From the NCBI GenBank assembly GCA_943704425.1, contig CALSCP010001696.1, forward strand, positions 21,504-72,670: a DNA stretch of 51,167 nucleotides, given 5' to 3'. Origin of the DNA: Ministeria vibrans ATCC 50519 (lineage: Eukaryota > Protista > Filasterea). Both the position numbers and the translations under genes were made by a program. Each line of letters begins with the position of its first letter. Within the stretch, counting starts at the first letter, position 1. Of the stretch, positions 10,501-20,541 are shown piece after piece. The notes beneath the pieces were generated by a model that did not search any database, had not been told where the DNA came from, and saw only the letters and a program-made list of their open reading frames with translations.

Positions 10501-12750
10501 GACTGGGACCATGCGCGTCACCAGCTTGTGATGATCAAGCCCAGCAAGAAGCGCGTCCAGGTCGTCTTCGTTGTCCGGCAGCTGTCGACAGCCGTCAAGA
10601 AGCTCAACGCCCAAGTCGCACCGTGCACCCTCTATATGTCCACATAGCCCAAGAAGAGAGAGGCGCCCTCCTGCATGGTGCTCGGCGCCACGAGGAGCAC
10701 GGTCTGACGCGTATACACTTGCGCGAGCAACAAGCATCCCTTCGTCAACACCAATGCTATATGGCAGAGTGGTTGACGACGGCAAGCTGAGCACATTCCG
10801 CATCTGCTCGACCTGAGCGACAATGATGTCAACTGCCCGGTCCACATTCAAATCGGAGGCTCCAACATCAAGACGGATGAGCCCGCGCCGAAACTGTATG
10901 ATAGTTGTGAGGTCTGTCATGCTGAAGAGCGTAGTTGCAAGGTGTTGCGCAACAGCACGGCCGCCAAAGTCCCACGCATCCGAGAGCAGCTCCTTCGCCT
11001 CCTCGATGTAGCGCACGCCGTTCGGTTTGCGTGTCGCATTCGCTTCTGCCATCATCTTGAACCGGTTGAACATGCGGGCTTTGCTCATCAGTGTGTCATG
11101 ATGCGTCGATGGCGTGGCAAACGAGCCCAGCAGCTCATCCTGGGCCTGCCTGGCGCGATAAGCTCGTTGACGCTCTTTGTTCAGCTTGCGCGCGTGCTCC
11201 TTCTTTGCCGACTCCTGCTTTTCATGCAAGGCTTTCAGCAGGTGCTGACTAGTCTCGTTCCCGCGCACGGTCGTTGCGTCAGAAGAAGAGCTCGCCGTCG
11301 AGGTCACCAGGGGTACCGCAGACGGCTGCTTGAAGAGGACGTTGATGCCGCGGGCAAGTGCACGAGAGTCAGCACACCGGTCGGCACGGTTGAGTAGTTG
11401 GCGGCAAGCGGAGCAAGACGTTGGTTGCTTCGCAAAGCGAGCGGGGAGAGTGCGCAAACAAGTCGCGGAAAAGACTTGAAACTGCACGAGCACTGGGTCC
11501 TCGCGCCACCATTCGACGACGGTCGCTCCATGAGGCAAGTGCGACACCACAGTGAACATCTTGCGCCCTTTTCCTGTCACGTAGTCGCTAGTCGTGCGGA
11601 ACGCGACGGCGATAGCATCGCGAGCGAGCCCCGGTGAATACGGTTTTGTCGCGGAGATGATGGCGTCGACGTCATAGAGGCCATTACATGTAACCACCCC
11701 TTTCGGTTTTTGCATGATAGCCAGTGGCGGAGCCGGAGCAGCTGGTGCATGAGCAGGAGGCCGTGGGGAAGCGGACGGCGTTGACGATTTCGTGAAGAAC
11801 GACTTGATCGACTTCATGTGCATTTTGGTGCTGCCACTGTCAGGGCGTAGCGCTGCCGTTGACGCGGCAGCACAGGCGTCGATGTGTCGGAAAAGATTGA
11901 CGACGTTGTTGATGGGGAGGAAGGCTTTCTTGCACATCTGACAAACAACATGGGTTGGGTCGTCGATGGCAACTTGAACCGGGAGCGGATCACAGAGGAG
12001 GCTCTGTTCAACCAACACTGTTGACGTCGAGGCGCGCGGCTGTGCATCTTGCCACACACGTACATTGCGACGGGATTCTTCAGTCAAAATGGCGGGTACG
12101 AGGACGTCGTCGATGGAGACGTCAAAGAGAGCGCGCACACGTTTGATCGCGGCCTCCCGTGCGGCAACGTCGGTTGGCGCTGGCACGGTGGCTGAACTTG
12201 TTGCAGACGTAGAGCTTGTCGCACCGGTGTCGGATGTCGACGTGGAAGCATAGTCGACACGGCGCCGCGTTCTTCGGTGAGCGCTTGGATGGAACTCCGC
12301 ACCATCGTCAAACCCATCGCTGTCGTCGTCGCCGCTGTCATCGTCATCGTCATCACGGTATCGCTTCTGTGTCGCGCCTGCAAGGGTCGCTTTTACGCGA
12401 ACCTCCAGTGTGCGCTCTAGCTTGACTGCGACCCTCACGTTGAAGTTCACAACGTCAGGAGAGCCTTGCTCCACTCCGTTGACGAAGAACGTCGTGCCCA
12501 CGACAACACTTGGTTCGAGCTTACGTTTAACACGCTCCAGCAGTTGCGAATGTGCGTCTTCATCGCTAACAAGTTCCTGAACGGTTGAAACATCGGTAGA
12601 GAGCCCGCGCTGGTCCACACTCTGTATGGTTAGGTTGATGAGCGCTACAAACGAGACACATGACAAAACGTAAATAAAAACACGCATAAACGCATACCCA
12701 GAAAAGGTTTCATCGTGCTGACCGACGTGACGGTACTGAGTTTGGTTCAC
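7585..12750 (-). CDS. Large P-element-like DDE transposase (~1,700 aa; true start uncertain, 5' end may be spliced)
   Basis: P-type motifs occur in the expected order: SIGVDEG (D at 10744-10746), SWAGDGAS (D at 10258-10260), PDHKHVVKRLRN (D-x2-H..K..RN), QSV..SWRSFS (Q.V..A...FS-like) and RLCSDDLVEALFGIVRG (E at 9304-9306). There is an N-terminal CxxC...HxxxC zinc finger. The ORF is uninterrupted. Confidence 0.88.
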   Translation of the reverse strand: MNQTQYRHVGQHDETFSGYAFMRVFIYVLSCVSFVALINLTIQSVDQRGLSTDVSTVQELVSDEDAHSQLLERVKRKLEPSVVVGTTFFVNGVEQGSPDVVNFNVRVAVKLERTLEVRVKATLAGATQKRYRDDDDDDSGDDDSDGFDDGAEFHPSAHRRTRRRVDYASTSTSDTGATSSTSATSSATVPAPTDVAAREAAIKRVRALFDVSIDDVLVPAILTEESRRNVRVWQDAQPRASTSTVLVEQSLLCDPLPVQVAIDDPTHVVCQMCKKAFLPINNVVNLFRHIDACAAASTAALRPDSGSTKMHMKSIKSFFTKSSTPSASPRPPAHAPAAPAPPLAIMQKPKGVVTCNGLYDVDAIISATKPYSPGLARDAIAVAFRTTSDYVTGKGRKMFTVVSHLPHGATVVEWWREDPVLVQFQVFSATCLRTLPARFAKQPTSCSACRQLLNRADRCADSRALARGINVLFKQPSAVPLVTSTASSSSDATTVRGNETSQHLLKALHEKQESAKKEHARKLNKERQRAYRARQAQDELLGSFATPSTHHDTLMSKARMFNRFKMMAEANATRKPNGVRYIEEAKELLSDAWDFGGRAVAQHLATTLFSMTDLTTIIQFRRGLIRLDVGASDLNVDRAVDIIVAQVEQMRNVLSLPSSTTLPYSIGVDEGMLVARASVYASDRAPRGAEHHAGGRLSLLGLCGHIEGARCDLGVELLDGCRQLPDNEDDLDALLAGLDHHKLVTRMVPVVLMPLIHQHVPVVVGGGLMRQRGGRDSKDIFNQSGVVLHMLFTCGRWTSHTYLEVKNKVMAQLTRNEKFARVATIISWAGDGASQLYKVLQAQRVPPAAVTSSMAFEPQLLRPPPAQLSSSGDDSMGKLTQTLMRQLMGVLREGGVDVLVHAEDCLGLIQAPDHKHVVKRLRNLMRRSHPLCFGSNFQVDVSLLSLLYSFERGLGDFAYLAQAKADHHTDVARVHDEHIVASSIASGGLSQLFSAVRKLPMHVVTRDMLPGSGDAQSVPQSWRSFSPPLLYVLLSMPPVDDISSFNVIGYTMYGVMCSAFIDIFMRRGMNDRAIAFRCGFVAMVLYTWRNGDLFKGSANFLTAQTFEEMRQAVSLAIILRLCVLVRCRNSELLLQHLDMSRLCSDDLVEALFGIVRGGLRGRVTLTASEAMALGSLYNRQAMARALPSAPTTASTHQRRHVYHGESGLWEKLYAQLSVFGCEGGLAAWERERTDNKLSVDTFVATVSAAWRVGERTASELCRRIMACDDAVRGEQQHVRELLLEVLIDKSRFGVEIEAGMTDAQSRSTPADTVRPPKTSAPHTDGLLDDSELPDATVLGRSSHIPAHTELDPVEELGYDQQLEIECEAEVESGDAPKDFTSDTKSVDNPVDGLSTEAYELLERHAFLQNILASNSDKLVKNNAAGQDDDFGAGSSRMRSVGDSPFVHDASGTRTKSKATLVARFSKRHLERIVEERTSSGDRLTRVCLCATQEAPDRILCSSTVAVLAMDNTRAPERYVFMVQLGRVHDMFLVLSRKNGGTLRKRITSVSFKGAGSAIRDKIVLNFAPFKLEYRLDLDKEDVDALLQDADHDGEAQDDVAPWSIAVKRGEEAIAMKDTALLDMKVGECESVIELSMLVGPVQFERTSVALRMPPREQQRVLGDAREAVCKLLQSERAAQRQRHEQSRAAAADRTRMIAAQQLGCVTTDSGRSRKPKQLLDL

Positions 12751-13155
12751 TGGCCTACCAGAGTCAATGCGTTAGAGAAAAAACAATTTTGAAGAAAGAA
12801 CTGGAAAGAAGTGGAGAAGGAAAAAAAAAATCGATAATGACTCAACAAAGACTGTGACTATATGATGTCGTTCGACCTAGTACACCTACTGGACCATAGA
12901 TCAGGGCGAATCAGGGCCAAAAACGTCCAAAAGAGAGAGTTTATTTTCCACTTTACTTAGTCGCGTAACGCTCCTCCGACAGCCTCCAGACACCCACCTC
13001 ACCCTATTAGTAGCTGTCACGCGTCGGAGGGCCGTTACGCGATTAATTATAGAGTTACCTTGCCGTGGATGTCACTTGATCATTAGATCGCCTCAGTTAA
13101 TCAGTTACACTAAAGAGTATTCACTAATACACTTTACTTATTTGCTTGCTTCACA

Positions 13156-13691
13156 ATGCCTTTTACACTTCCTGACGTTCCATCAAGCGAGGACGGTTGG
13201 GGACCGGGAGAGGTATGAGATGAGCGAAAATTGAAATTTTCCTTTTTTCTTGTGTGGGAAATGTCAAGCGTCTTCTTGGCGTCCCCTACTGCTTTGGAGT
13301 GTGGCATTGGCCATAGTGCCACCCTCGGGGCTTGAAAGCTTTCGCCATGCGACTGGAGAAAAAAAAAAAGGATGAAACATGCTGAAGAGTAAAGGGAGCA
13401 TTGGGGAGGGAACGAGGGTGCGGTGGGGGTGCGCTTGGAGCGGATGAAGCGGGTGGGGGCGGCAGCGGGTGCGTGGCACTGGTGTGGACGGGGCTGGGTG
13501 AGGATGCTTCTCATTGATCATTCACACGGACGCTCTTGCAGGTGCCCGAGTCCCTGTGCCGCGTGCCGTACCAGCCATACTCCAAGGCCGACCAGCTGGG
13601 CAAGGTGTCCGATTGGATGGCTTCATCAGACAGAAAATACCCCAGTAAGAGAGCAAAAACCCCTTTCCGTCTGCTTCTGCTGCGCAAGCAG

Positions 13692-13746
<55 letters not shown>

Positions 13747-13992
13747 AGAAGAGAGACTGATTGTGTTGTCGTCTCTTTCGCAGACCGATACCAGCAGCAG
13801 TTTGGCAGCGGCACAGCATTCAGCTACTTCCATGCGGAGGACGAGACGTCGTTCCAGCTCGTCGACACAACCAAGGTTCATCTTCCACTCTCTATCTCTG
13901 ATGTGTCTGGCACTTGGTCACTGTGTTTCTCCCTTCTCGCTCTCTCTCTCTCTGTCACTTTGTTTCTTTCTCTCTCTATTACTTTGTTTCTT

Positions 13993-14035
<43 letters not shown>

Positions 14036-15962
14036 ACTTTGTTTCTTTCTCTCTATTACTTTGTTTCTTTCTCCTCTCTCTCTCTATCACTTTGTTTCTT
14101 TTTCTCTCCATTCCTTTGTTTCTTTCTTCGCTCTCTTTCTCATTTTTTCCTCTCTCACTCATTGTCTCCTCTCTTCCTCTATCCATTCATTACGTTTTTT
14201 GTTTGTATTGCAGGCAATGCCGCGTCGCATGGCATCACGACGAACACAGCGAACAACGACGGGACAGTCGTCGGCACGTCGTTGGGACTTGCAGCGTCGT
14301 GACGACAGCATGCGCGGCGTCAACACGCAGCACAACCATCAGCAGCCACAGCGGTCTAACTACGCGCGCTACCGCAACATGATGTTTAGCAGCGGCAACC
14401 GATGGGGTCGTCACGAGCGCCAACAGGTATTTGAATGGGAATGTTTTTGTTTTTCCCTCTCTTTTCTTCCTTAAATAATTAATGCCGTTTTTCGTTTTCT
14501 TTTTTTCTTTTGACCTAGTTGGAGGCCTCTGTGATGGTCCAGTCCAACTGGACTCTGGTGAAGCAGATTCCATTGCAAACGCTGAGCAAGCCAACTCCGG
14601 TGCTGCCGGAGGACGGTGGAAGTACGCTGCTAGAGTGTGGTGCGGTGTGTCAGTACAACAAGGCGTACGACCGCATTACGGCCAAGACGCCCAAGCCGCT
14701 CAAGCAAGGGGATGCATGTTTTCCATCGCCCACTACGAGCGACGACGTGCACCTCATGGCGTTTGCTGAGGCCAACGAGGGCAATGTGTTTGCGACGGAG
14801 AACATCCTGGCGGCCATCATGGCCTCGCCGCGGTCTATCCGCTCCTTCGACATTCTCGTCACGCGCAAGGGCGATCAGGTTTTCCTCGACAAGCGCAATG
14901 TCTTTTTTGACGGCCTTACCGTCAACGAGACTGCCACCGACCCTCCCAGCGAAGATGCTGCTGACAATGCAAACTCGCCGTCTCGTCTGGGCCTTGAGGC
15001 TACAGGCATTAACCTCAACTACCGCCAACAGGTCACAACTTGGTGTCTCGTCTATGTCTCTGTCTGACCCAATATGTTGTTGTTTGCTGTTGTTGTTGAT
15101 GTAGGTTCTTGCGGTGGACGCCAAAATGCATTCGTTTGCGGAGCCGAGTCCGTTTACGCTGGAGGACGACATGACGTGTGCAGACACGGGATTCCGATAC
15201 CGCAAGTTTGATCTCGGAGAAGGCATTACGGTTGTCGCACGCACAGAAGTTGACGCCTATGCTACCAAGGTACAACGCACTTCCTCCATAGCACTCATCG
15301 CCTTGTCGTGTGAATTGCATAGCATCCAATAGTACTCAATTCATATGCTCTTCATCCATGGGTTTGCAGACGGATGGCAGCACTGAGTTGATGATGGTGC
15401 GTGCGCTCAATGAGTTCGACTCAAAGCTGTACAGCAACGGCATCAACTGGAGGCAGAAGATCGACTCGCAGAAGGGTGCAGTGCTGGCGACAGAGCTGAA
15501 GAACAACAGCTTCAAGGTCGCCAAGTGGGTCATCAGCGCCCATCTGGCCGGCGCCGATGTCATCAAGGTATGTGGATATAATCTGTCTTGTGTTGTGGAT
15601 GCACTCACCTCCGTTCATCACTGTGTTTGTGCGTTAGTTGGGCTATGTGTCGCGCGTCAAGAGCAACGACCCGCTCAAGCACGTTGTGCTCGGCCAGCAG
15701 CGCCTCAAGGTCGCTGACCTGGCTACCCAGGTCAGTCTCAGCATGGCGTCTGGATTTGGTGCCATCCGTCACATGGCCAAGCTCTTCCTTGACCAGCCCG
15801 AGGGCAAGTATCTTTTGCTGCGCTCCCCCGATGCGGTACGATCAATCAAGAAAAAGAAAACATCTCAAACTCATTTTTTCTTTTGTCCTTTTACAGAATC
15901 AGTTTCAGTTGTACAAGGTTCCCGACAATGCGTTTGCCAACGAGTCTACCAATGATGATTAA
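13156..15962 (+). CDS. EIF3D: Eukaryotic translation initiation factor 3 subunit D (multi-exon)
   Basis: Motifs: MPFTLP..DGWGP|..[111 protein letters not shown] introns. Stop TAA at 15960-15962. Confidence 0.96.
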
Positions 15963-16200
15963 ATTTGATTGCCATTTTCTTCTACGATTTGAACGCGAGG
16001 ATTAAGAAATTTGAACAATGGATTGATTTTATCGAAAAAAAAGACCTATTATTATTATTATTATAATAATAATAGTAAAAAAATCACCTTTTCTCGGATT
16101 GAATAATTTTTCTAATTATTTTCTTTATTCTCACTCACACTAGCGCCGACTTATTTAATCATCACTTGTGGTTTCATCTTTTGTTTGGCTACTTCTCATC

Positions 16201-17107
16201 ATGTCGTCTGACGCCGTCGACCTGGCCCCCCACGCAGAGCAGGGCGCAGGGGCAATGGACGTCGTCGAGTCGAATGAGCGCGTCGATGGCACGCCGAGTG
16301 CCGCCACGGCCACGGGTGCGCCTGCAAGTGCGGACGCGACTCCGGCAGGGCCCGCGCCGCCCCTGACGACGGTCAGCGTGATGAATCTGTCGCCGCTGTC
16401 GTCCGAATTGTCGGTGCGTTCGTTGCTCAAGCCGCTCGGGACCATCCTGCGGGTGCGGATGCTTCCGCCGCGTGCGTCGATGGGCGGCGCTGCGTCGGCG
16501 CTGGTTGCCTTTGAAGAGCAGGCGTCGGCGTCGCTGGCGCTGCTCCTCACCAACACCAACTTCATCGATCGCGCGCTCATCGTCAAAGCCGCCGACAAGC
16601 AGCTTGTCGAGGACACCCCGGCCATCCTCGCCAACAGCGGGCCCGCCGGCCTTGTCACTGACATGTTGCCTTCCACCTTGCCCAGTGAAGGTGTTCTTAA
16701 ATGACGCTCTCTTTGCTTTTTCTCTCCTCATTTTTTTTTCTTTTTTTTTTTCTTTTTGTGCGTCTGGCTTGTGCAGCAACGACGATCCACGAAGCAGCGA
16801 CGCTCATTACCACAGTGCCGTTTTCACCCGGGAGCGGTGTTCAGCATGTGGTGCCCCCTGTGCCACCGCGCGTGGACATGCGCACAGCAGAAGTGCCTCC
16901 AACGCCACCAAACATTGACCCGAATCGCGCAGAGGAGGTTCGTCGCACCGCGTACATTGGCAACCTGAGCAATTTTATTACGGCAGAAGGTAGGCAAGCA
17001 CTTTGCAAACGCACACGTTTGAATCCTTTCTCTCTACCACTTTGTTCTTTCTCTCTCTCTCTCTCTCTCTATCACTTTGTTCCTTCTCCTCTCTAAAACT
17101 CACTGTT

Positions 17108-17151
<44 letters not shown>

Positions 17152-17249
17152 AGAGCTTGTCAAGTACTTTTCCGGCTGTGGCAAAGTGGCGTTTTGCCGA
17201 CTATCGGGCGATATGACTCAGTCGACGCGGTTTGCCTTTGTGGAGTTTG
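16201..17249 (+). CDS. SREK1/SRSF11-like RRM splicing regulator (5' part; runs into assembly gap)
   Basis: RRM1 VSVMNLSP...LLLTNTNFIDRALIV. RRM2 EEVRRTAYIGNL...YFSGCGKVAFCRL...TRFAFVEF. Both are typical of the SREK1/SRSF11 family. Confidence 0.85.
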
Positions 17250-17951
17250 NNNNNNNNNNNNNNNNNNNNNNNNNNNNNNNNNNNNNNNNNNNNNNNNNNN
17301 NNNNNNNNNNNNNNNNNNNNNNNNNNNNNNNNNNNNNNNNNNNNNNNNNNNNNNNNNNNNNNNNNNNNNNNNNNNNNNNNNNNNNNNNNNNNNNNNNNNN
17401 NNNNNNNNNNNNNNNNNNNNNNNNNNNNNNNNNNNNNNNNNNNNNNNNNNNNNNNNNNNNNNNNNNNNNNNNNNNNNNNNNNNNNNNNNNNNNNNNNNNN
17501 NNNNNNNNNNNNNNNNNNNNNNNNNNNNNNNNNNNNNNNNNNNNNNNNNNNNNNNNNNNNNNNNNNNNNNNNNNNNNNNNNNNNNNNNNNNNNNNNNNNN
17601 NNNNNNNNNNNNNNNNNNNNNNNNNNNNNNNNNNNNNNNNNNNNNNNNNNNNNNNNNNNNNNNNNNNNNNNNNNNNNNNNNNNNNNNNNNNNNNNNNNNN
17701 NNNNNNNNNNNNNNNNNNNNNNNNNNNNNNNNNNNNNNNNNNNNNNNNNNNNNNNNNNNNNNNNNNNNNNNNNNNNNNNNNNNNNNNNNNNNNNNNNNNN
17801 NNNNNNNNNNNNNNNNNNNNNNNNNNNNNNNNNNNNNNNNNNNNNNNNNNNNNNNNNNNNNNNNNNNNNNNNNNNNNNNNNNNNNNNNNNNNNNNNNNNN
17901 NNNNNNNNNNNNNNNNNNNNNNNNNNNNNNNNNNNNNNNNNNNNNNNNNNN
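17250..17951. other. Assembly gap (N run)
   Basis: 702 consecutive Ns. The gap hides the 3' ends of two convergent genes. Confidence 1.
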
Positions 17952-18014
17952 ATTGATGAATGATCAATTATGAAATGATGAGTTGAGGTGTGTGTTTTGT
18001 TGTGGTTGGGTGTA

Positions 18015-19298
18015 CCGTGCATTGCACACATCGCACGAAACCTGTCCACATCCGCAACAGCGGAAGCACGTACGCCGGCCATTCCCTGCGCACGAATAGC
18101 ACGACTGTCGTTCCTGTCGCGTCTGGCCGTTCTACAAAGAGAAGAAAGTGGAATGCGAAGACGAAAGCAAAGAGAGAGAGAGAGAGAGAGAACGGGAGGT
18201 AAAAGCAATGAGTCGTCTGGTTGACTCAATCTCGTGGGTGCCTCTGCCTCTCGGCTTGACTTACTTGCGTGACGGAGCGCGTGACACGGCCTGAGCCGGA
18301 GCAGGTGCCGCAGCGGACGCGACCACGCCCATGGCATGTCCAGCAGCGAATGTAGCATCGCCCGTAGCAATTGTGGCAGGTTTTGACGACTGCCGTGTGC
18401 GGCACCTCCACTGCCTTGGACTCATTGCGAAACATCGCCGACGGTTCCACCACAATGTCCCATGGACCAGGCGCATAGCCGTTCTCGGGCCCGTCAATCG
18501 GTTGCATATGGTAGGGCTCGTACTTCCAGGCAGTGGAACGCGCCTCGGAAAATGTCACAAGCTCATAGTGGTAGGCAGTTGACGGATCAATCGAATTGAT
18601 CACCATGGTTTCCGCGGCCTTGGTGCCCCAGCAGCACTTGGCCTTGGCTGTAAATGCGAGTGTGGGTTGAGAGAACAAGTCAAGAGCGTGAGTAAGAGAA
18701 GGCTTGTAAGCAGTCGCATTTTGTGCACATACCATGAGCAATGATTGCTGTACGCACTTCTTCTTCGGTAAACATGCGAGGAGGAGCAAGCTGGTCGGTG
18801 CGCGGCGGCGGCTGCATGGATTCCTCGTACGACGGGGGTGGCACGTCGCTGCCGTCGAACCCCGCCTGCTCATACCCCTTCACCACGCCCTGAAACTCCC
18901 CCATCGAAGGCGCAGCGGCCGACGGTGCTTGCGCATTCGAGTTCTCCAGCACATCGTCAGAGGGCATCTCTCCCTCGTAGCGAGGGACCTGCACACAACG
19001 ATCCATTGAAATGAGGGGGGAATTTTTCCGGTTGAGTACACACGGGAAGAGCAGCGTACCGCCGATTGGCCCGGCGGCGGCGCCTGTGGCGGGTAACCCT
19101 GCTGCTGTTGCTGCTGCGGCGGGTATCCTTGCTGTTGCTGCGGTGCATAGCCCGCTTGAGGAGCATACGATTGTTGGTAACTTTGCTGCTCGAAATAAAA
19201 ACGAAACAGCGTATGAAAATGAGTTAGCAAAGGACAGGTGTTGCGGGAGATGCCGGGTGTTTGGTCTATATGTGGAGATTAAGCACCTTTTCAGACAT
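18015..19298 (-). CDS. SSUH2: SSUH2 homolog (DnaJ-like CxxCxGxG repeats; 3' end lost in gap)
   Basis: CCWGTKAA...YHYELVTFSEARSTAWKYEPY...DGPENGYAPGPWDI...VPHTAVVKTCHNCYGRC...CWTCHGRG...CGTCSGSG, plus a further exon with CYSCAGNG..CFRCCGCG. The N-terminus is Q/P/Y-rich. Confidence 0.85.
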
Positions 19299-19388
19299 GA
19301 CGACTCAAAATTCTTAATTCTGAAATGAATAAAATTAAAAAAAAAAAAAAATTATCACCATAATATTTTCATTCATCTTCATTGCCAA

Positions 19389-20499
19389 ATGAATCCCGAC
19401 GAGCACCGCCTCGTACCTTTGGTACATGGACTAAAGAGCAGATACTTTGAGATTGGACGGAAGATTGCAACGCCAATCAAAGAGGATGGCGGTGATCATG
19501 ATAGGTTGTCTGAACTTGTCGGTCGCGTCGCACAGGACATGGCCGGTCAGTACGACTCGATATTCTCCAGCGAACTCGAGTCTGATGCTTTGGTACGACC
19601 AATGGTTCCCTTGCACTCAAAATGAAACATCAGACGTGCTGTTCTTCGTCAAACAGGACGTTTGACGTGCCCTGATGTTGTTTTTAACACCTGCCAATTA
19701 CACTCACTGCGCCCCTTCAATTGTGAATCATTTCTTTTCAGATGGTAACTATGGCACAGACACTGCGAGTGCAAGGAGATCATTTATCAGAAGGTGCGAA
19801 AAAAAATCGAGTTTGACAGTGACTGATGTTGATTATGTTTATCTCGGCAGTGCGACGCTTGTGCGACGAACTATGTACACGGATGCTACAGACGGTGGCA
19901 ACACGAGTGGAAGGGATTGCGCATGGGTTTGACAATGCGTTGGGGGCGGCGACGGGGGTGCGACCGCTGGTGGCACATGAGCGCGAGCTTGTGCGCCGGC
20001 GGAAGGACGTGCGCGAAGACGCCGACGCCGACGACCGCATGGCCCTGCTTAGACACTGGTTCTATGATAACTTTGAGGTAAGTGTGGAAAATGACAGGCG
20101 AAGACGACGAGAGGGTGTGTCCGCTGATGGTGGTACACATTAATATGTATTATTATGTGTGTGTGTGCGTAGTTTCCGTACCCGACGCGAACGCAGAAGC
20201 AGCACTTGGCGAAGATGGCCGGACTGACTGAGACGCAAGTATGCACGTGGTTTACAAATGCACGACGACGCATTTGGGTGACGGTGAAGCGGGGGAAAAG
20301 TGAAAGGGAGGGTGACGAAGAAGAAGAAGAAGAAGAAGAAGAAGAGGAAGAGGGAGAGGAAGAGGGAGAGGGAGAGGAAGAAGAAAGAGAAGAAAGAGAA
20401 GAGGGAGAAGAGAGCGAGACAGGTGAGAGCAAGGAGGAAGGCGACGATGCGGCAGTGGTGCCGGTGCGCAAGCGTCGACGGGTTGCTCCCGGAGAGTAG
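19389..20499 (+). CDS. TALE-class homeobox transcription factor with MEIS/PREP(HM)-like N-terminal domain, 4 exons (19389-19592, 19742-19793, 19851-20077, 20173-20499)
   Basis: Homeodomain LRHWFYDNFE|FPYPTRTQKQHLAKMAGLTETQVCTWFTNARRR has the TALE PYP loop. The spliced N-terminal region HRLVPLV...ELESDALMVTMAQTLRVQGDHLSEVRRLCDELCTRM resembles the MEIS A/B boxes. Acidic C-terminal tail. Confidence 0.85.
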
Positions 20500-20541
20500 T
20501 ATAGTAATGAAGTGGCAATGAAGCTCACTCAGTCGTTGGAT

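Larger units (their letters stand above)
7226..13067 (-). mobile_element. Intact P-superfamily (P element/THAP9-like) DNA transposon, 5,842 bp
   Basis: Perfect 16-bp TIRs: CACGGCAAGGTAACTC (7226-7241) and GAGTTACCTTGCCGTG (13052-13067). The 8-bp direct repeat GATGTCAC flanks both ends (7218-7225, 13068-13075). The termini are CA..TG and fit the CANRG pattern. The element encloses one long transposase ORF. Confidence 0.93.

Noticed and set aside
7226-13067. Possible Fanzor/TnpB cargo or hAT classification of the transposon
   Set aside because: No second ORF or RuvC-like motif set is visible. The D-x2-H and D..E..F..R motifs fit P better than hAT (C-x2-H, dimerisation motif), although both superfamilies make 8-bp TSDs.
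13423-14474. ORFs with poly-K, poly-F or SLSLSL tracts (also at 22227-22766 and 24693-25069)
   Set aside because: Translations of intronic poly-A and (CT)n microsatellites.
17003-18370. Long ORFs containing X runs
   Set aside because: Artefacts of translating through the N gap.
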